Assembly: GCA_010093705.1 (NCBI GenBank)
Contig: MU006092.1
Span: forward strand, 440,623 to 504,622
Direction: 5' to 3'
DNA length: 64,000 bases
Source: Patellaria atrata CBS 101060
Lineage: Eukaryota
Part shown: piece by piece, positions 31,873 to 46,131 of the stretch
How positions within the stretch are numbered: the first letter of the stretch is position 1
Layout of the letters: every line of letters starts with the position of its first letter
Position numbers and translations under genes: made by a program
Notes under the pieces: model-generated
The model's input: the letters and a program-made list of their open reading frames with translations, nothing else
What the model was told of the DNA's origin: nothing
Databases searched by the model: none

Positions 31873-34800
31873 TGTGATTGGAGTTATACTGTACAGAAGA
31901 GGTACAGGTAAGATTCATAAGGGGTAAGGTTTATTGCATGTATAAACGAGCGTTTAAAGTTCGGTTGAATAGTTTTGGATCGATATGGCAATGAAAGTGA
32001 TGTTGGAATAACGGGTTAAATGTCTTTTTTACTTGACTCACCGCCATGATATAAAGCGTCTCCTGACCGGGCGAGTTCCAGATCGTTTGGAAGTTGTGGC
32101 GATGATCGCGCCTCAAGTTGGTCCGGGCTTACATGGATTTTGGGGGCCATTCACGGCCGTTCATTTCGTTTTCGAGGGCGCTCCTTCGGGGTTCTCAAAG
32201 TGGCCCATAACTAACGAAGGCTCCCCGATGAAACCGGGAAAGCGATACGTTTGTTCCCATAGCATCTTCACCTCTAGCCGAGATCTTTTCTCGGGAGGAA
32301 ATGCTTTTTGGAAATAATGCTCATCCTATTCGAAAGTAACGATTGTGCAAGTACCTGTACAATTGTTACACCTCATTATTTCAGTAGTGGACGATAATGA
32401 CGCGGACAAAGAGAGGAGAGGTCCGAGCATAATAGATGCCCAACGGTAACAAATTACCTTACCAATATACCTAGGAGACAAAACTCCCATTCATTTGATT
32501 AGCCACAAAGCTCATCACGCTTCCAAGTTCGATGGAGTAACATGGAAGTTGCATGCAATCATTCAGAAGGACGAAGTCCGTCATGGTGAGATACCCGAGT
32601 TCTTCGCACGGAGCGTTAGCGTGTCCCGGCGAGATTGACGTAGCGGCTTCCTACAGCCCTATGAGGCGTTACAGACCAAGGGGCGCAGTTACACAACAAG
32701 ACCAAGGGGACCCACCGACCAAGGACCCCTTGGACCTTCATCAAGTCATCAAGGGTCCAGGGGGCCTGGCGACCTCTTTCTCACTTTCTCACTTTCTCAC
32801 ACAGTATCACCGCCCCTGTACGCGTCCCTTTGGACAGCGGCTACTGTCAAGACTACTGCGGCAGTGCACCTCAAACTTGTTGATGGTTTAAGTATCACGG
32901 ACCGAGCTCTCTTCTCTCACGAGATGATAGTCCTTCGATTGGTTTTACACGTCGTCCACGTTTGAAAAAGTCCATGAGAAGTTTCACGAGAAAGAGTATG
33001 GAGTGTCCGAGAGTTCAGGCAACATTTACCGTATTCTACCAGAAGTGTAATACTGTATGTACAGTACGCTGATTGCACGGGCATAACGGACTCCCAGCTG
33101 GCTATTATGCGATATCGCCTTCGTTCCAAGGGCGAGAGGGGAGGTCCTGCGGGGTGTCGCGTTGAGGCGCTGTAGGTACCCTTCCAAGCAGGTCTTCCGG
33201 AGTAATGGTTTAAGATGAGCATATTCGTCAAGGACTGATGAGAGAGTCTGTTCATTATTACACCTGTAAACCCATGTCCCCCTAGTTATTTCTTCGACTA
33301 ACCCTATGCGATGACCTCGTGGCTGCTTTGTTCACAAAAGGACAAGTCACCGTGGTCTTGCCAAGGTCCTGCTCCGTATTGTACTCCACTCAGTACCTTG
33401 TACAGGTACAGTAGAGTACAGGTACAGGTACCGTACAAGTACGAAGTATGTGCTGCGGAGAACAGCAAATGTTGCAGCGGGGATGCAAGAAATGTTCCGC
33501 TCGAAATGTTGATCTGGTTGAGCAGATGAAACAAATTACCATTTGCTGCCTAGACATTGCCAAATTGAAATGGTGGCGTCCTCGAGCTTCACCCAAGCAG
33601 GTCTCGAATCTAGATGACGTGCAGAAAAGGGTCCGGAAACATCTAGGACACTTTGCGTAACAAATCCTTATTCCTTAGGTTTCCCCAGGACCCTGAAGAG
33701 CCGAATACAAATCCACACCCACCGGCTATCGTTCCAAGAACTTTCCATTGTCACCTTTTCGTATTTTCCACGACGTCGGGTGTGAGAGACGTACAACATC
33801 AAGTTCGTCGCGGTTTCTCTGAAGGATAGCATAAGAAACCCGAACGGACCAAATTCTGACCATTTTGCTTCGATTTGAGTAGCCTGTTACTAATGAAATA
33901 GCAAAGAAACACTGCGTCGAATGACGTGTTGAGACTAGGTACTGTACATTTATTTCGAGAGGCGTCATCCTGACAGATAGTACGAGCAGAATTACTCCAA
34001 TAATATCATCCAAGAGAGTGAAATACCACTGGAAAGGCTCACCATCAGGTTGTCCGCTCCACTTTCGTAACACATACCTTATCATCATGAAACCGGGAGA
34101 TGATTTTTGGGTGTATGTGCCCCAACTTCTACTGCGATTACAAGACGCCTTACTTGTGGAGAGTCTCCCGTATAACTTCCTCTCTCGGGAAAAGGAAGCG
34201 CGGAAGAGATTTACGGATATTTTATTCGAGCATCTGGGAAGATTCAGAACCCGAAGTTACAAGAAGCACGCGACTGTATCTATCGTCTGCAAACCTTCCA
34301 GACACCCGAACCAAACCTGAAGGCACAGATCCTCCGTCCGAGGGTATCCCGAATCAACTGGAAACATGCAAGAGTACGGCAGTCGGCCTTGCAGATGAAT
34401 GATTATAAATGTACTGAAATCTGCGGAGTGGTCAATGATGACTTCAAAACTACCTTCGGGTAGACGTGGTAGACTGGGTAAACTCTGTCAAACGGGTACA
34501 TTGTACAGTGGAGCTTTTTGTCTTTGACTTCTTTTTCTATGCAGGGAAGATGTTGTGCTACCACAACTACATCTGTATCACCTGCACGTAGCTGATTTCG
34601 TTGCTCTTCATCTGCTCAGATGACTTTCCACTACTGGGACCGCGAAAACCCAGGAAAAGGGCAGATGCGCGATCGCGACGGCACAGTATATGGTTCATAT
34701 AGAACTCAGATATATTCTGTCTATACCGTTTTCAGTTAGCAGGGAATTTGCTGAGAACCTAAATTTGACAGCATTCCTGGTGCTCATTTGTTTTGAGTTT

Positions 34801-37800
34801 TACGGATTTGGAAGCAGCACCCGAGCATGGCACCAGTGAAGCTGCCATAACCAGCGGTGCCACACTTAAGGTAGGTTCATCTGACTTCTGTGCACACTCA
34901 AACATTTCCAAAAGCGTCCGGTGTCACCTTGATTATCTCACCAGCCATATAGTGAGCCTGTTCGCTATGGTCGTGTCAAAACCTCATGCACGACATGAGG
35001 CGTCGAACAAGCTTCCCCTCGTCCGTCCCCTGCGACTACTTAACCTGGTCTCTACTCACCGCAACATCGTCCGACTCTTTTCCCTTTGAGACTATTCCAC
35101 CCTCAAGCAGAATACAAGCACCATTCATTCATCGGTACAGGATATCTGGTCCCGAATCGCCCGTCGGCTCTTTTAGTCTGTATGTATCTGTACGGCTCCT
35201 CGGATCCGGTTCCACGATAACGGCCACCGCTAAGGTATACCACACAGGATCTTCGCCACTACCTGTACTAAGTATGCCGATGCTCCCCGCCACCATGGTC
35301 GGATTGAGTAGATGCCCGTTGTCGTTTTATCGTCACGGGAACGGAGCCATATCCTCTCGGCAATGCGCTCTCCACTTTATAGTACAACGTCCCATCCGAG
35401 ACGCATCCGGGGGTAAGATGATTCCACTCCAGTCGGTGCTTGCCACACCCCGCTGTTTCTATTAGACTCATGATGATTGGCGAAGAGGGACTTCCATTCT
35501 CATCCCACATGCAGAACGCGGGCGACCATCCCGAAATAGAAAATATCCCGCGTCCTCGATTATATTGAACGTTGTTTGACAGAACGACTTGACATCAGCG
35601 CCATTTACGCTCTCGAAATCCGCACGAAAATGGACAACACCGGCTTTAGGAGGAGGTAACGCCGAGTAAACTCAAGACCCAACCGCTTTAGCTTCTCTAT
35701 CTTGGAATTAACTCGTCTCTCTTTACTCTTGGTGATGATTTGGGTAAGCAAGACGTATACAAAGATAGTTTCTGCATGAAGGGTATCCAGGAACAATATT
35801 GATGCCACCACCACAGCTATCTCCTTCGTAGTGGAGAAAGTGGCCATGACATAGTCTCTCTGTTCTGGATCATCGCCATCCTTATTATTAACGTAATTTG
35901 TGCGGTTGAAGAAACCTCCAAAGTTGAATGTGCCAAACATTCAGAACTTCTCCAAAACAAAAGTAATTGTTTTCATTCTGCATAGCGATACGAGAAGGTG
36001 ACGTAGATTCCAAGCATTCGCCTTGGTCAAAGAAACACTGGGCTAAGATGGCGAACTAGAGGTCTTAAGCATCAAAAGCGAGGAGACGATTTTTCTGATG
36101 CTTAGATAACCGTCCACGAAACGCACTTTTAGCAGTTCAAGGTAAATATCCGTAATAGATGGTATTTCATAAGAATAATGAGGTATCTCCTTTCTTTTGA
36201 TAGCTTTAATCGGACACGGTGGTTTCGATATCCATGGAGATATGGGAGAAAGTCGTGGTCAGGGATAAAGCGATTTCTGGGCACATTCTAGGACCTGGTC
36301 CTTCGGGGAAAATCTGTAGTCCATTTGAAAATGATATATATCCGAAGGAAGCGATCTCTAACATCAGGAAAGAGATAGGACATATACTGTTTGTAAGTAC
36401 AGTTCTTTCATAGCCGCAGTTTTGAAGAAATACCAGTTTCAGTCGTCCACAACACAATTCTTTAACGGCATGTCAGAATACACATGCACCCCACAGTCCC
36501 ACTCGGTTATTATCCGTTTTACGAAGATCGTAAGCTGTAGATCGATCAGGGCAACAAGGTGTTATGCTTAAAGTATTCCTTACATGCGATGCTCGAATCC
36601 TTCTCGCGGAGTCGGCCTATCAGGAGCAATTGCCGATGTTGGGACGGGAAGTCTGGCAAATGCTCCTGGTTGGCTCGCTCGCCTTTGTGTCACTACGAGA
36701 TGAGGAACATTGAATTCGAAGACGGGTAATGATGAAAGACTAAGTTTTTTTTTTGAGAGGTCTTGTTGTGCGAGCTGGATGGTTTCCACTCTTCGCGTCT
36801 TGGAAACCACATTTTCAGACGACTTTTCTATCGTTACTTGTTCACTCAACGCACTCTCATTTCTCAAACACCTCCCAGTACGCAACTACCTTTTTACTGC
36901 ATCATTTAATCTTCCGGATATCGAGCCTAAATCAAACCGACCTCCCAGTCCCTGCATTTAGGCCCTCAACATCCCCCTACCTCCAGACCTAGAACATCCC
37001 GAGAACCCAACCAGAGATCTCATGTCTCAGTAAGACCGGCATCGCCGGAAGAGGCAGGTTTCCAGAAGACGAGGCCATCCAGGTCACTGGCCCATCATTA
37101 TGGCAGTTATCCCGAAACGCAATTGGATCCTGAGAGACCGAGCCAGGTGAGATTGCCACTCATCTTACCTTACTCCCACGCCAGAAACATGAACAGGAGT
37201 GACGAATACTGTAGTTCTGAACTGTCCTCACCTTCAGAAGACCCGCGGGTAAAAATCAAGGCCCCGTTCATCCTGATCCCTAAAGCTTCCATCTGATTCC
37301 GAGTGCCGGAGGCAAAGGTGACATACCACTCTTTCCATCTCAACCTCAAGTCTCCCGGTAGGAACAAGAGATATCAAACTCTACATTACACTCATATCTG
37401 GAGCTTTCGGGTTGGACGCACGCTAGTTTCCCATTTTGTGCCTTTACCGACTATACGTTTACTCCCCAGGACTCTTCTACTGCGCAACTGACACGTCCAG
37501 CCGCTACAAGGAGGGCAAATACCAGTCCCAGTCGCTCAAAGTGACCTCGCCCAAGACCACCATTCAGTCCGTAGGTTAGCAAACGCTCACGTTGACGCCT
37601 ACTTAATCACACCAACATCACACCCTCAAGCACCCACAATCTCAAATCACCACGTCAATTAAACAACCCATCTCATTGAAGGTTTAAATTAAAGCTACAA
37701 CCCCTAAACCTCCTAACCACAGAATAAACCGCGCATTCAAACGAAAAACGAGAGCGAACATAAAACCCCCGACAATGCCCCATCCGAATCATATACGCAT

Positions 37801-38190
37801 CCCCAGAACGCCAACTATGCGCCGTAGAAAGAGATGAAAGAAGAATATACAGCAACAACGAGGACAGGACGGTGACGGTGGGATTTTTGCTAATGGATGG
37901 ATCGATGGATTCATTAAATATAAACTCTTACGTCCCTATGCCTCCCCACACCCTGTTCCTCAACCCATCTCAAAAGGGCCGATTCACGCACACCCCCGCG
38001 CGTCCCTCAAAAATATCTGTACCATGTGTTTCTCCAACGAACATGCTGCCCTGCCCGCACAGAGGGCGGCGCCATTAACCACCCCTGCCCTCCAACCCCA
38101 CACACTCCAATTCTATATTCCCATTTTTTCGTACAAACGTGTAATATTTCCTATGCAAAACACTGAACAAGGACTGGGTGTGCTTTATGA

Positions 38191-39692
38191 TTATGCGTTT
38201 CCGGATTTCTCCTGCGTGTCGATGTGCCAGACGACGTAGTTGGGGAGACCGTAGACGCCGTATCCGGCGCGCTTGGCCATTTTGGCGAAGCCCTCGGTCT
38301 CGGCTTGATTTTCGAAGGCGTAGCAGGGGAAGTTGATGCCTGTGGGAATGATCGTGTTAGTGAATTCGTAGAGTAGGAATTGTGCAGATGGGTGACAACG
38401 GAAATGTGTGCAGAGTGATAGTGCGGAATCTGTTGGGGAAAGTTACCTGATCGATGGACGTCTGCCTTTACGACGATGTTGACACCGCCGATACCGTCGA
38501 GGGGGATCTCGTCGTCTTTGTTATTGCGCCAGTCACCCATCTTGGCCATATACGTTCTGCCGGTCTTGTACTCTTTGTAGCCTTCGGCGAGAACCACGTC
38601 TTTGTCGAGGCTATTAGCGAGTTTGAGGCCTTGGTCGGATTCTTGCCAGGAATTATAATCAACTGTTGAATATTAGTATATTACGATTTGATCAACCTAA
38701 GGAGACCATACATCTGCCCTCAACATCTCGCATCTTCCCGTTCTCCTCCCTGTATCTGTGGAACCAGATATCTACACTCTGTCAGCCGATGTGTTGATAA
38801 GTGGGAGTTTTGTGTATTTACTTGGCACTAAAACATCTCTGTCATGAGCGATAAAGTCTTCAATGATTTTACTGGGACTATCTTGGATGTCCACGTCCCT
38901 CCAGTACACCCATGAGTGCTCTGCCTTCAATGCTGTGTATAGGAGGTAGTTCCTAGCTCTTCCCATTGCTTTTCTGCGAGGCCCTTGAGCCGCGAATCCA
39001 TGTCTTTCTTGAACATCTTGGCTCAATGTAACTCCGAAGTCTTTCTGGATAACCATCGCGCTACGAAAAGGTTCAGGACCCTTCTGTACACGGTCTAATT
39101 CCATAGCGAGTGTAGCCAGAGTATCATCACTGGAGTCACCAACGAGGAATCCAAGGTCGATAAGATGGTGAGGGTATGTCAGTTGGGATAGGAGGTCGAA
39201 ATGCTGGTTGATGTATCGGGAGGCATCTCTTAGAGGAGTCAAGATAAGAACCCGCTCTTCTCTATCTATCGCCTTCGTTGTGGATCGAATAGGGTTTAAA
39301 TCGACGTTCTGAATGGTACTGGAGTTTATTTCTATCGGGTGGTGGTGGTTAAATATTACAGGGGTTTGTAGGTGTGAGTGCCATTGGGCGTGTTCATTAG
39401 GTGACATCTCCATAGGTGACTTCGCTGGTCCCCAGCAGTAAAATCTATATTTGAAGTGACACGTCAGTATTTGGTCTTTATAAAGATCCGGGTTAGAACT
39501 GGAGGGCTAGTTATCTTACTTCTGCATCTCCTCCGCTGTCCCGCTTAAACCTCTCCATAATAGTACAATTGTTGCTGTGACTGCAATCAAAAGTAACGTC
39601 CTCGGTCTGGCGAGGGTATGATATACTGCTCTCGACGGAGGTAATCTCGCTCTCGCCGACTTCCACGTAATACCACCTTTAGGAACCAACAT
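38191..39692 (-). CDS. ANP1: Anp1/Van1-type alpha-1,6-mannosyltransferase (mannan polymerase subunit, GT62), 5 exons
   Basis: Type II membrane anchor, VLILTPLRDA, LTYPHHLIDLGFLVGDS, RRKAMGRARNYLL, WVYWRDVDI (DxD), FDYNSW, ETEGFAKMAKRAGY. ANP1 versus VAN1 orthology not resolved. Confidence 0.88.
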
Positions 39693-41236
39693 CTTTGCAA
39701 CTACACTCTCTGTGGTCCGCTTCAACTGTGTACGGGGAAGAAGCCGCGACTGATCTATACGCTATACACGAGTGATGAAACGAGCGGACGCTTTCGCAGA
39801 GAGTTTGAATCGTTAAGAAGGGATGCAATCGGTGGCGTAGAGGAAGTTGTGTGAAGGAATCGACAAGAGAGGATTAGAAAGATTCCCGTTGAGGAGAACG
39901 GGAGTTCAGGCGCAGGGGTTGCCTCGTTACAACGGTCTTCGTCACAAGTTCCAGCCGCGTGGAGGTGCAATTCAGGCGATCAAGGAGACATGAAGATAGA
40001 TACCGATGATGCACGGAAAAGCACCTGAGGGTCTGTAGATATGAGGATAGGTTATGGGTTGAGGTCGTCTTTTTCCGTATCATTAAGGAGTCTCAAAAGC
40101 TTCGTCGCGGTTCCCTGCCAAGACCCTAGTGTCCTTTTAGGTCTCGACTTCAAAATTGAATCCCGCGCCGCGCAAACCACCAATTTCTACGATCCAATAA
40201 ATCGATCATCGAAGATAATATGGGGATATTTTTACGGCTTCAACGAGTTTTTCTAGAAGCCTTCTATCGGGTGGACTCCTTCGAGTACCCAGGTTGACTA
40301 TTTCACATCGTACAGACACTCTCCCTTTGCCTGGTTTACTCCGTACAACTTAGCGTATACGCGAGATCCGCGTATTGAAGGTTCAACAGCTTAGAAACAC
40401 TGTCCGCACCGTAAAGACGTACGGTACATCAATCTTTAGGCGGTACAGAAAATGCAACTTCTATCAAACATGGCAGTACGCGTACAGGTACATTCTTACT
40501 CTACTATACACTAAACATACAGGCAGTAATCGCATACTGTACTGTACCTGAGAAACAACACAGGAGGATATGGATTTCCAGTCTCATCACGTGCCATATC
40601 TCCTCTTTTGTCAGGGCCAACATGCGGAATCGTCCAATCTCAAGTCACTGGTCAAGAAAATTTTTTTGAATCATTGTAGCGCAAGATCATGGGGAACTCG
40701 ATGCATTCGAGCCCTTCGAGAGCGTTTGAGTGTGTAAAACTCATACTGAGACTTGCACGCGGTCCAAATAAAGCTTCTCATTGGCTAATCCCTCTCCCTC
40801 AATATTCTTATAAGTGTTAAAGATAGATTTTATTCAGTCACATTGTATCCACTCATTCATTCTAAACTGCCTTCTACTTATTTCCTTGCTATCAGGGAGC
40901 TGTGTGAATATTACATCCTTAGTTGATATATGTACTAACAGGAGAAAACGTAAGCTGGGATATGTGTTACTTGCATTAAGTATACATCATGATGTATTTC
41001 AGGATTAGATAAGCATCCTATTCACGTTTGCAAACTCAAGTTTGTGTATGAGATATGTCTTGCCCGTATCTTTTGGTGGTTCTATCGTAGAAGCAGCCAT
41101 GCAAGATCAATTCCTACTTGCCAAATTGGCGTGTTTCCATTGTTTCATTAATCAGTTGAAGGTCTTTATCATCAAAGCACCAGTCGCGCCAGTTTCATCA
41201 TTCCGAAAAAATGTTATACATATCGTATTGATATAT

Positions 41237-43337
41237 CTACAATCTGCTCAATTCAATCATATCTTTCATCAGAGCTATAATCTTCTCATCATTTCTGCCA
41301 TATAATGCTGCCGCGACATCACTTGTCATTCTGTTCTTTACATTCGGCACAAACACACTTAGGATAAGCGAAAGTCCGGAGAATTCAATTATTGTCAGAA
41401 GTACCGTTTTGTATGCGTCAGCGTTGGCAACTTTATATGCTCGTAATCCCGCTGCCGTAATCGCATCGGTAAGACCTGGTACGGCGGAGAAAGCTTCAGG
41501 GTTACCGAAGGAAAGAGCAGAGAGGAATTCGGGTACGGATGATTCCGGAAGACCGGCACCGATGAGTGCTGGAGGAACTTTCGCTAGGACAACTGATGCA
41601 AGCCGATTGCTAAGGACGGCGGTGTACTGGTATTGTAAGCAAGTGGCAATAGGCCCAGGCACAAGGATAACTTACAACTGCGAGAGATACCGCGGAAATA
41701 GCCGCGCGGAGAGAACCAACTGCTCCCGCACCAGTTCTAATCTCATTTTGGTCGTTCAGAGCGATAGTTGTTAGAGAAAGACAGACATTATCAATCCAAC
41801 CAACCGCAAGGGTGAGTCTAAAGTGATAATGAATATGACAGTCTTAGCTTACCGAAGAAGGACCCCATGATTACTAATACACAGGCGCGATCTCTCGTAT
41901 CAAGGGTATATGTTGCTACGACTAAAGACTCGATCATTCACCCCCAAAGAATATACCAGCAGCTAGGACGGACCCTATCATCTGGTACTTCACTTTTCCA
42001 ATGGGTTTTCCTAATAGACACCTGATTATCTCCCCAGCTAGCAGACCTAACCCCACTAGACTCGCAAGGAAGCCTCCATACGTCGGATCGCTGTCAGCAT
42101 AAAGAACTGGCACTATAGATGGCCCTAACCACTCTTTCAGTGTGAGTTTCATTCGCCACTCTCAGGAAATTTACAGATGAGCGCGAATGCATAATACATT
42201 CCCGCGCCCACACCAAGCACGATAGTTGCCATGACCCACGGAATGTTCCCAAAACAAATATATAGGCACAAGAGCTTCCTTTACATCGATCTCGGAGCGT
42301 ATAGTTCCCAAAGTACAAAAACAACGACTAGTCCAAACCCTACGACGATTATAACAATGACGTGCACGGAAGACCATGGATGCACGTTCCCTCCCCAGTT
42401 TAGACCTGCTGAAAGTTAAGCACTGTCAATAATACCGTTCTGAGGAAGCTTACCCATCAGAAACAGAAGTAAACCAAGTGTGTACAGGAAAACCTCCACA
42501 TAGTCAAAATACTTGATATAATCCATCATCCTCCGACCGATGCTTCATCCGAAACGTTGGTGGGAAATAGAACAATACCCAACACAAGCATGCGACACCA
42601 TTGATCGCAATAAGCTATAGCTTCTGTCAGTTACACCAAAATCGCCCTAATCACAACACCTAATCCAGACGTCTTACCAAGTAATAAACTCCCCTCCACC
42701 CAACGCTCGTCCTCTGAATAAACCCCTGGGCAACCGCCGGCCCGAATCCCGATCCCGGTATCGCGAACACGAAGATCAACGCATTACCAGTAAAGTGGTA
42801 CTTCATCGGCAACAACTCCCCAGGCGCAATCTGAAATGAAGCTTAAGTCGAAGCACCAATTCCGATTATAGTTGTTCCGCCAATCAATGTTGGGATGTTC
42901 TGAGCGCAGGCGCAGATGATGCTGCCAATGAGGCCGAGGATACTGCCCCCAGCGAAGACCCAGCGTCACCTGAAGATATCTGATACCCGGCCGACCAGGG
43001 TGAGGAAGACTGAAAGCATAAGGGTATAGACGAGTGCGACCCATGCGAGGTTCGAGTCGGGTCCGATGTCAGCGTTGATGATACCGAGGATTGGAGCTAC
43101 GTAGCCGAAGTCCGCGACGCCTGCTAGGAGCCCGAAACCGGCGGCGAACATTGTGCTATGAAGAAGCCTCTGGTGAAGTAGCCTGGAGGAAGATCATCTA
43201 GAGTAGTGTTCGAAACCGGTCATGCCATGGTGTTCTATCATTTGAGGGGATGATACCCCTTTTTCTTCATCGAGCTTAGGGAAGTGGATTTTACGTCCGT
43301 CACTGTCATTTATTTTCCTGATGTGTGAAGTAGACAT
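41237..43337 (-). pseudogene. Disrupted TRI12-like (fungal trichothecene efflux family) MFS transporter
   Basis: DDLPPGYF, INADIGPD, GRVSDIFR*RW (stop at 42966), GWRG motif and C-terminal AYKVANADAYKTV. Homologous segments sit in different frames with stops that introns do not explain. Confidence 0.8.
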
Positions 43338-46131
43338 GGTTTGAAGTTTCGGAAGTATTAGGGACACCGCTGGTTGAAAGTGTGGACGATATGGATCTCT
43401 ATCCCGATCTCTATCGGGAATCTTGCAACATATACACCATCATAGGATAAGTAGCTCACCACCAAATGAGCGAAGAATCCTTCCCCAATTCGGGAATTCA
43501 AGCCTGTCCTTTCATGTAGTCCAAAGATACTACAGATCTAACACCAGATGGGAGGACATAACTTGAAAAGGAACACGCACCTATCTGCCTCGCAACTTTT
43601 AAGATTACGTCGTGGAACTTTCCTAGCATGTGGTTGATTGAATAGGGGCCACATTGGCTGGTGTAGAGTTCAGGATCAACAATGTGGGAGGTCGGAGAGC
43701 GTATTTGAGGGATGAGTATACCTTATTGGAGGAACTATCCGAACCTGTAGAACTCCACATCCCTGGTGGCGCGATTAAGGTGGAAGATCGGACTCTGAGG
43801 CTTCAAGAATGCGGATGGATAGGATGGAGAAGACGGATTTGTTACTGTTCCGGTAGGGAAAGGGGTGGTTTTGCAAATGGTTATTGAATTGGTATGTAAA
43901 TGAGAACTGTGTTCTTTTTGAAGTGAATACCTTCAATTGCCACGAGTCTTCTCATACACAACACTTTGAGTGACCAACCCGTCAAGCTCCCCTCGTGAAT
44001 GTCTTCCCCTTATATCCGCTCTATCGGACCCTCATGTAATCATTTCAAGAGGAAATCTCGGATCACCAACAGATGGAAGCGCACTGATTCGATACCGATG
44101 GAGAGGTATTAGCTCGAATCTCAGAAGTCTACCATGTAAGTCTATGCTGTGTAACGTATGCGCATGGCGTAATAATCTACCTCACTAAAACCCTATCTTA
44201 GCATCGTGGATGTCCTGGATGGTTGGATTCTTGTGGTTTTATGATCAACAATATGCTTTTCAGGTTTGCGGAGTTGCTCGGTCTCACGCGTTTAGCTCTG
44301 TCTTCGCAGTACAAGTCAATCCCTAGCCTAGGGGTAGTGTTTATGAAAGGAGTTCTTAAAAGACAAAGGTGTATTTTCATGCAGCGTGCAACTCAGACAG
44401 CCTTGGATTATGCGTAGGGTTTACGTGCTGCAAATGTAACCATCATGAAAATAGATGATATAATGCCGAATCGGTAAATCCACAAAGCTAAGGGATACGC
44501 TGCGAAAATGTACCTTTGTGGAGATGTCATTTGGCGTCGGAAAATCTTGATTGATATATTAGTAGCAGAGTAGAGAACTTCATCGTTCCAATAACAGTAG
44601 ACCAAACGTGTAGCAAGGGCTAGAAGTTTAAATATTCTCTTCCACATCACGAGGAACCATAGCAAAAATAAATAAGTAGAGAAAGACGTCACCTAAAATA
44701 ACTATAGACTTGAAGTAGAATGAAAAGGAAATTTTACCACTACACAGCCCCTTAGCCCTCCACTCCGTACCCTCTAAGGATCTGCTGGCTCCCGCGGAGC
44801 CCAAGGATCGTACCCAGGACGTGTTGTTGTATTTGGCCCGATTCGATGCGGTGGGGGTTTCCCACCGCTACGCCACAGGTCCTGAGTGGAAGGAATCTCG
44901 GACTCGTTTATATATAACCTGCATGCTTGAAAAGAGCTACCGGGGGAAAGTAGATGGTTACGGTCCCGCATCTTGGCGATATTTTGAGAGATATGTGTCT
45001 TTCAGCATCCTTCCTTACTTGTAGTTGTCAAAGCCATGTTCGCAATCTGTCTTAGACACACTAATACTTATGGCTGAGACACTTCTGTTGAGATTGTTTT
45101 GTCTGTATTGTCTCAATTTCGCGTCCTAAAGATCTATCTTATTGACTTGCGCTACCGCAACTGAATCAGTGGCCAATGTGCCATTGTGGGATATCCGACT
45201 TAGGTTGACTTCTATGAAAGGACATTGAGTAGCACAACTTCATACCACAACTGGTAGGAATGGATATCTCAATTGACAGATGTTTTTATTTATATTTAAT
45301 AGCCAATTATGACTTATGTGAGAACCAATACAATTAAATGTAAGGATGAAATGTTCGACCAAGATTTCCAGATGAGGATTCAGCAACTGAACTACAAGAG
45401 AATTATATTTTTATTGCACTGCGCTATATAATAAGAAGCCGCACGCTGTATAGTCGTATCAGTGGGTCATCAGATAGTCCTCTACAGTCTACACAATATT
45501 ACAAACTTGAGGAGTTGAAAGTTTTTGAACATTGCCGGAATTGGACGGCTATGCTGTTTATCTTGTTGACTCTCATGGAAATGCCCGATCTATGGGTGTA
45601 ATATGTGGCAACAACGTGTTTTGGAACTATCTTGCTAGGTCTAATCGTCAATAATTTCATGGACCTAGAGGTAGCCCTACCATTTTTAGGAGGCTTGTAG
45701 TATGGTTGTCGCATGTTAGAGCCTTAGAAGAGGAGAAAATAAGGGATATTGCTCTCGATTATGACAATATGGCCATCAATAACGGAAGGGTATGTGTAAA
45801 AACGGGGTAAGTAACGTTAAAGCATGCTTTAGAGGAGCGGGACGATCAACTTTAGGCCGTAAGGATAATATTCGAGTCGAAAATAAGTGTTGCAAAATAC
45901 CATTATCTTTTCATGAGAAGGAAGACGTTGAGGTAGAGTTAGGGGTTGTGTTCCTTCGACTTCCGGTTCCTAACTATTCCCAATATAGACATGGCTAGGA
46001 CAAGGGGCAAACGACGTTGCAGTTTACAACTTCACTGTGCCACCTCTGCTATTAAAGAGCTGTATAAAATCTAAAAGAGCACCGCTTTCTTCTCGTATCT
46101 ACTTTATACTTTAGATATCTTATTAGTGACC

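Noticed and set aside
33448..36990. Several 70-160-aa ORFs on both strands
   Set aside because: No domain signatures, mostly alternative starts, no coherent exon chain.
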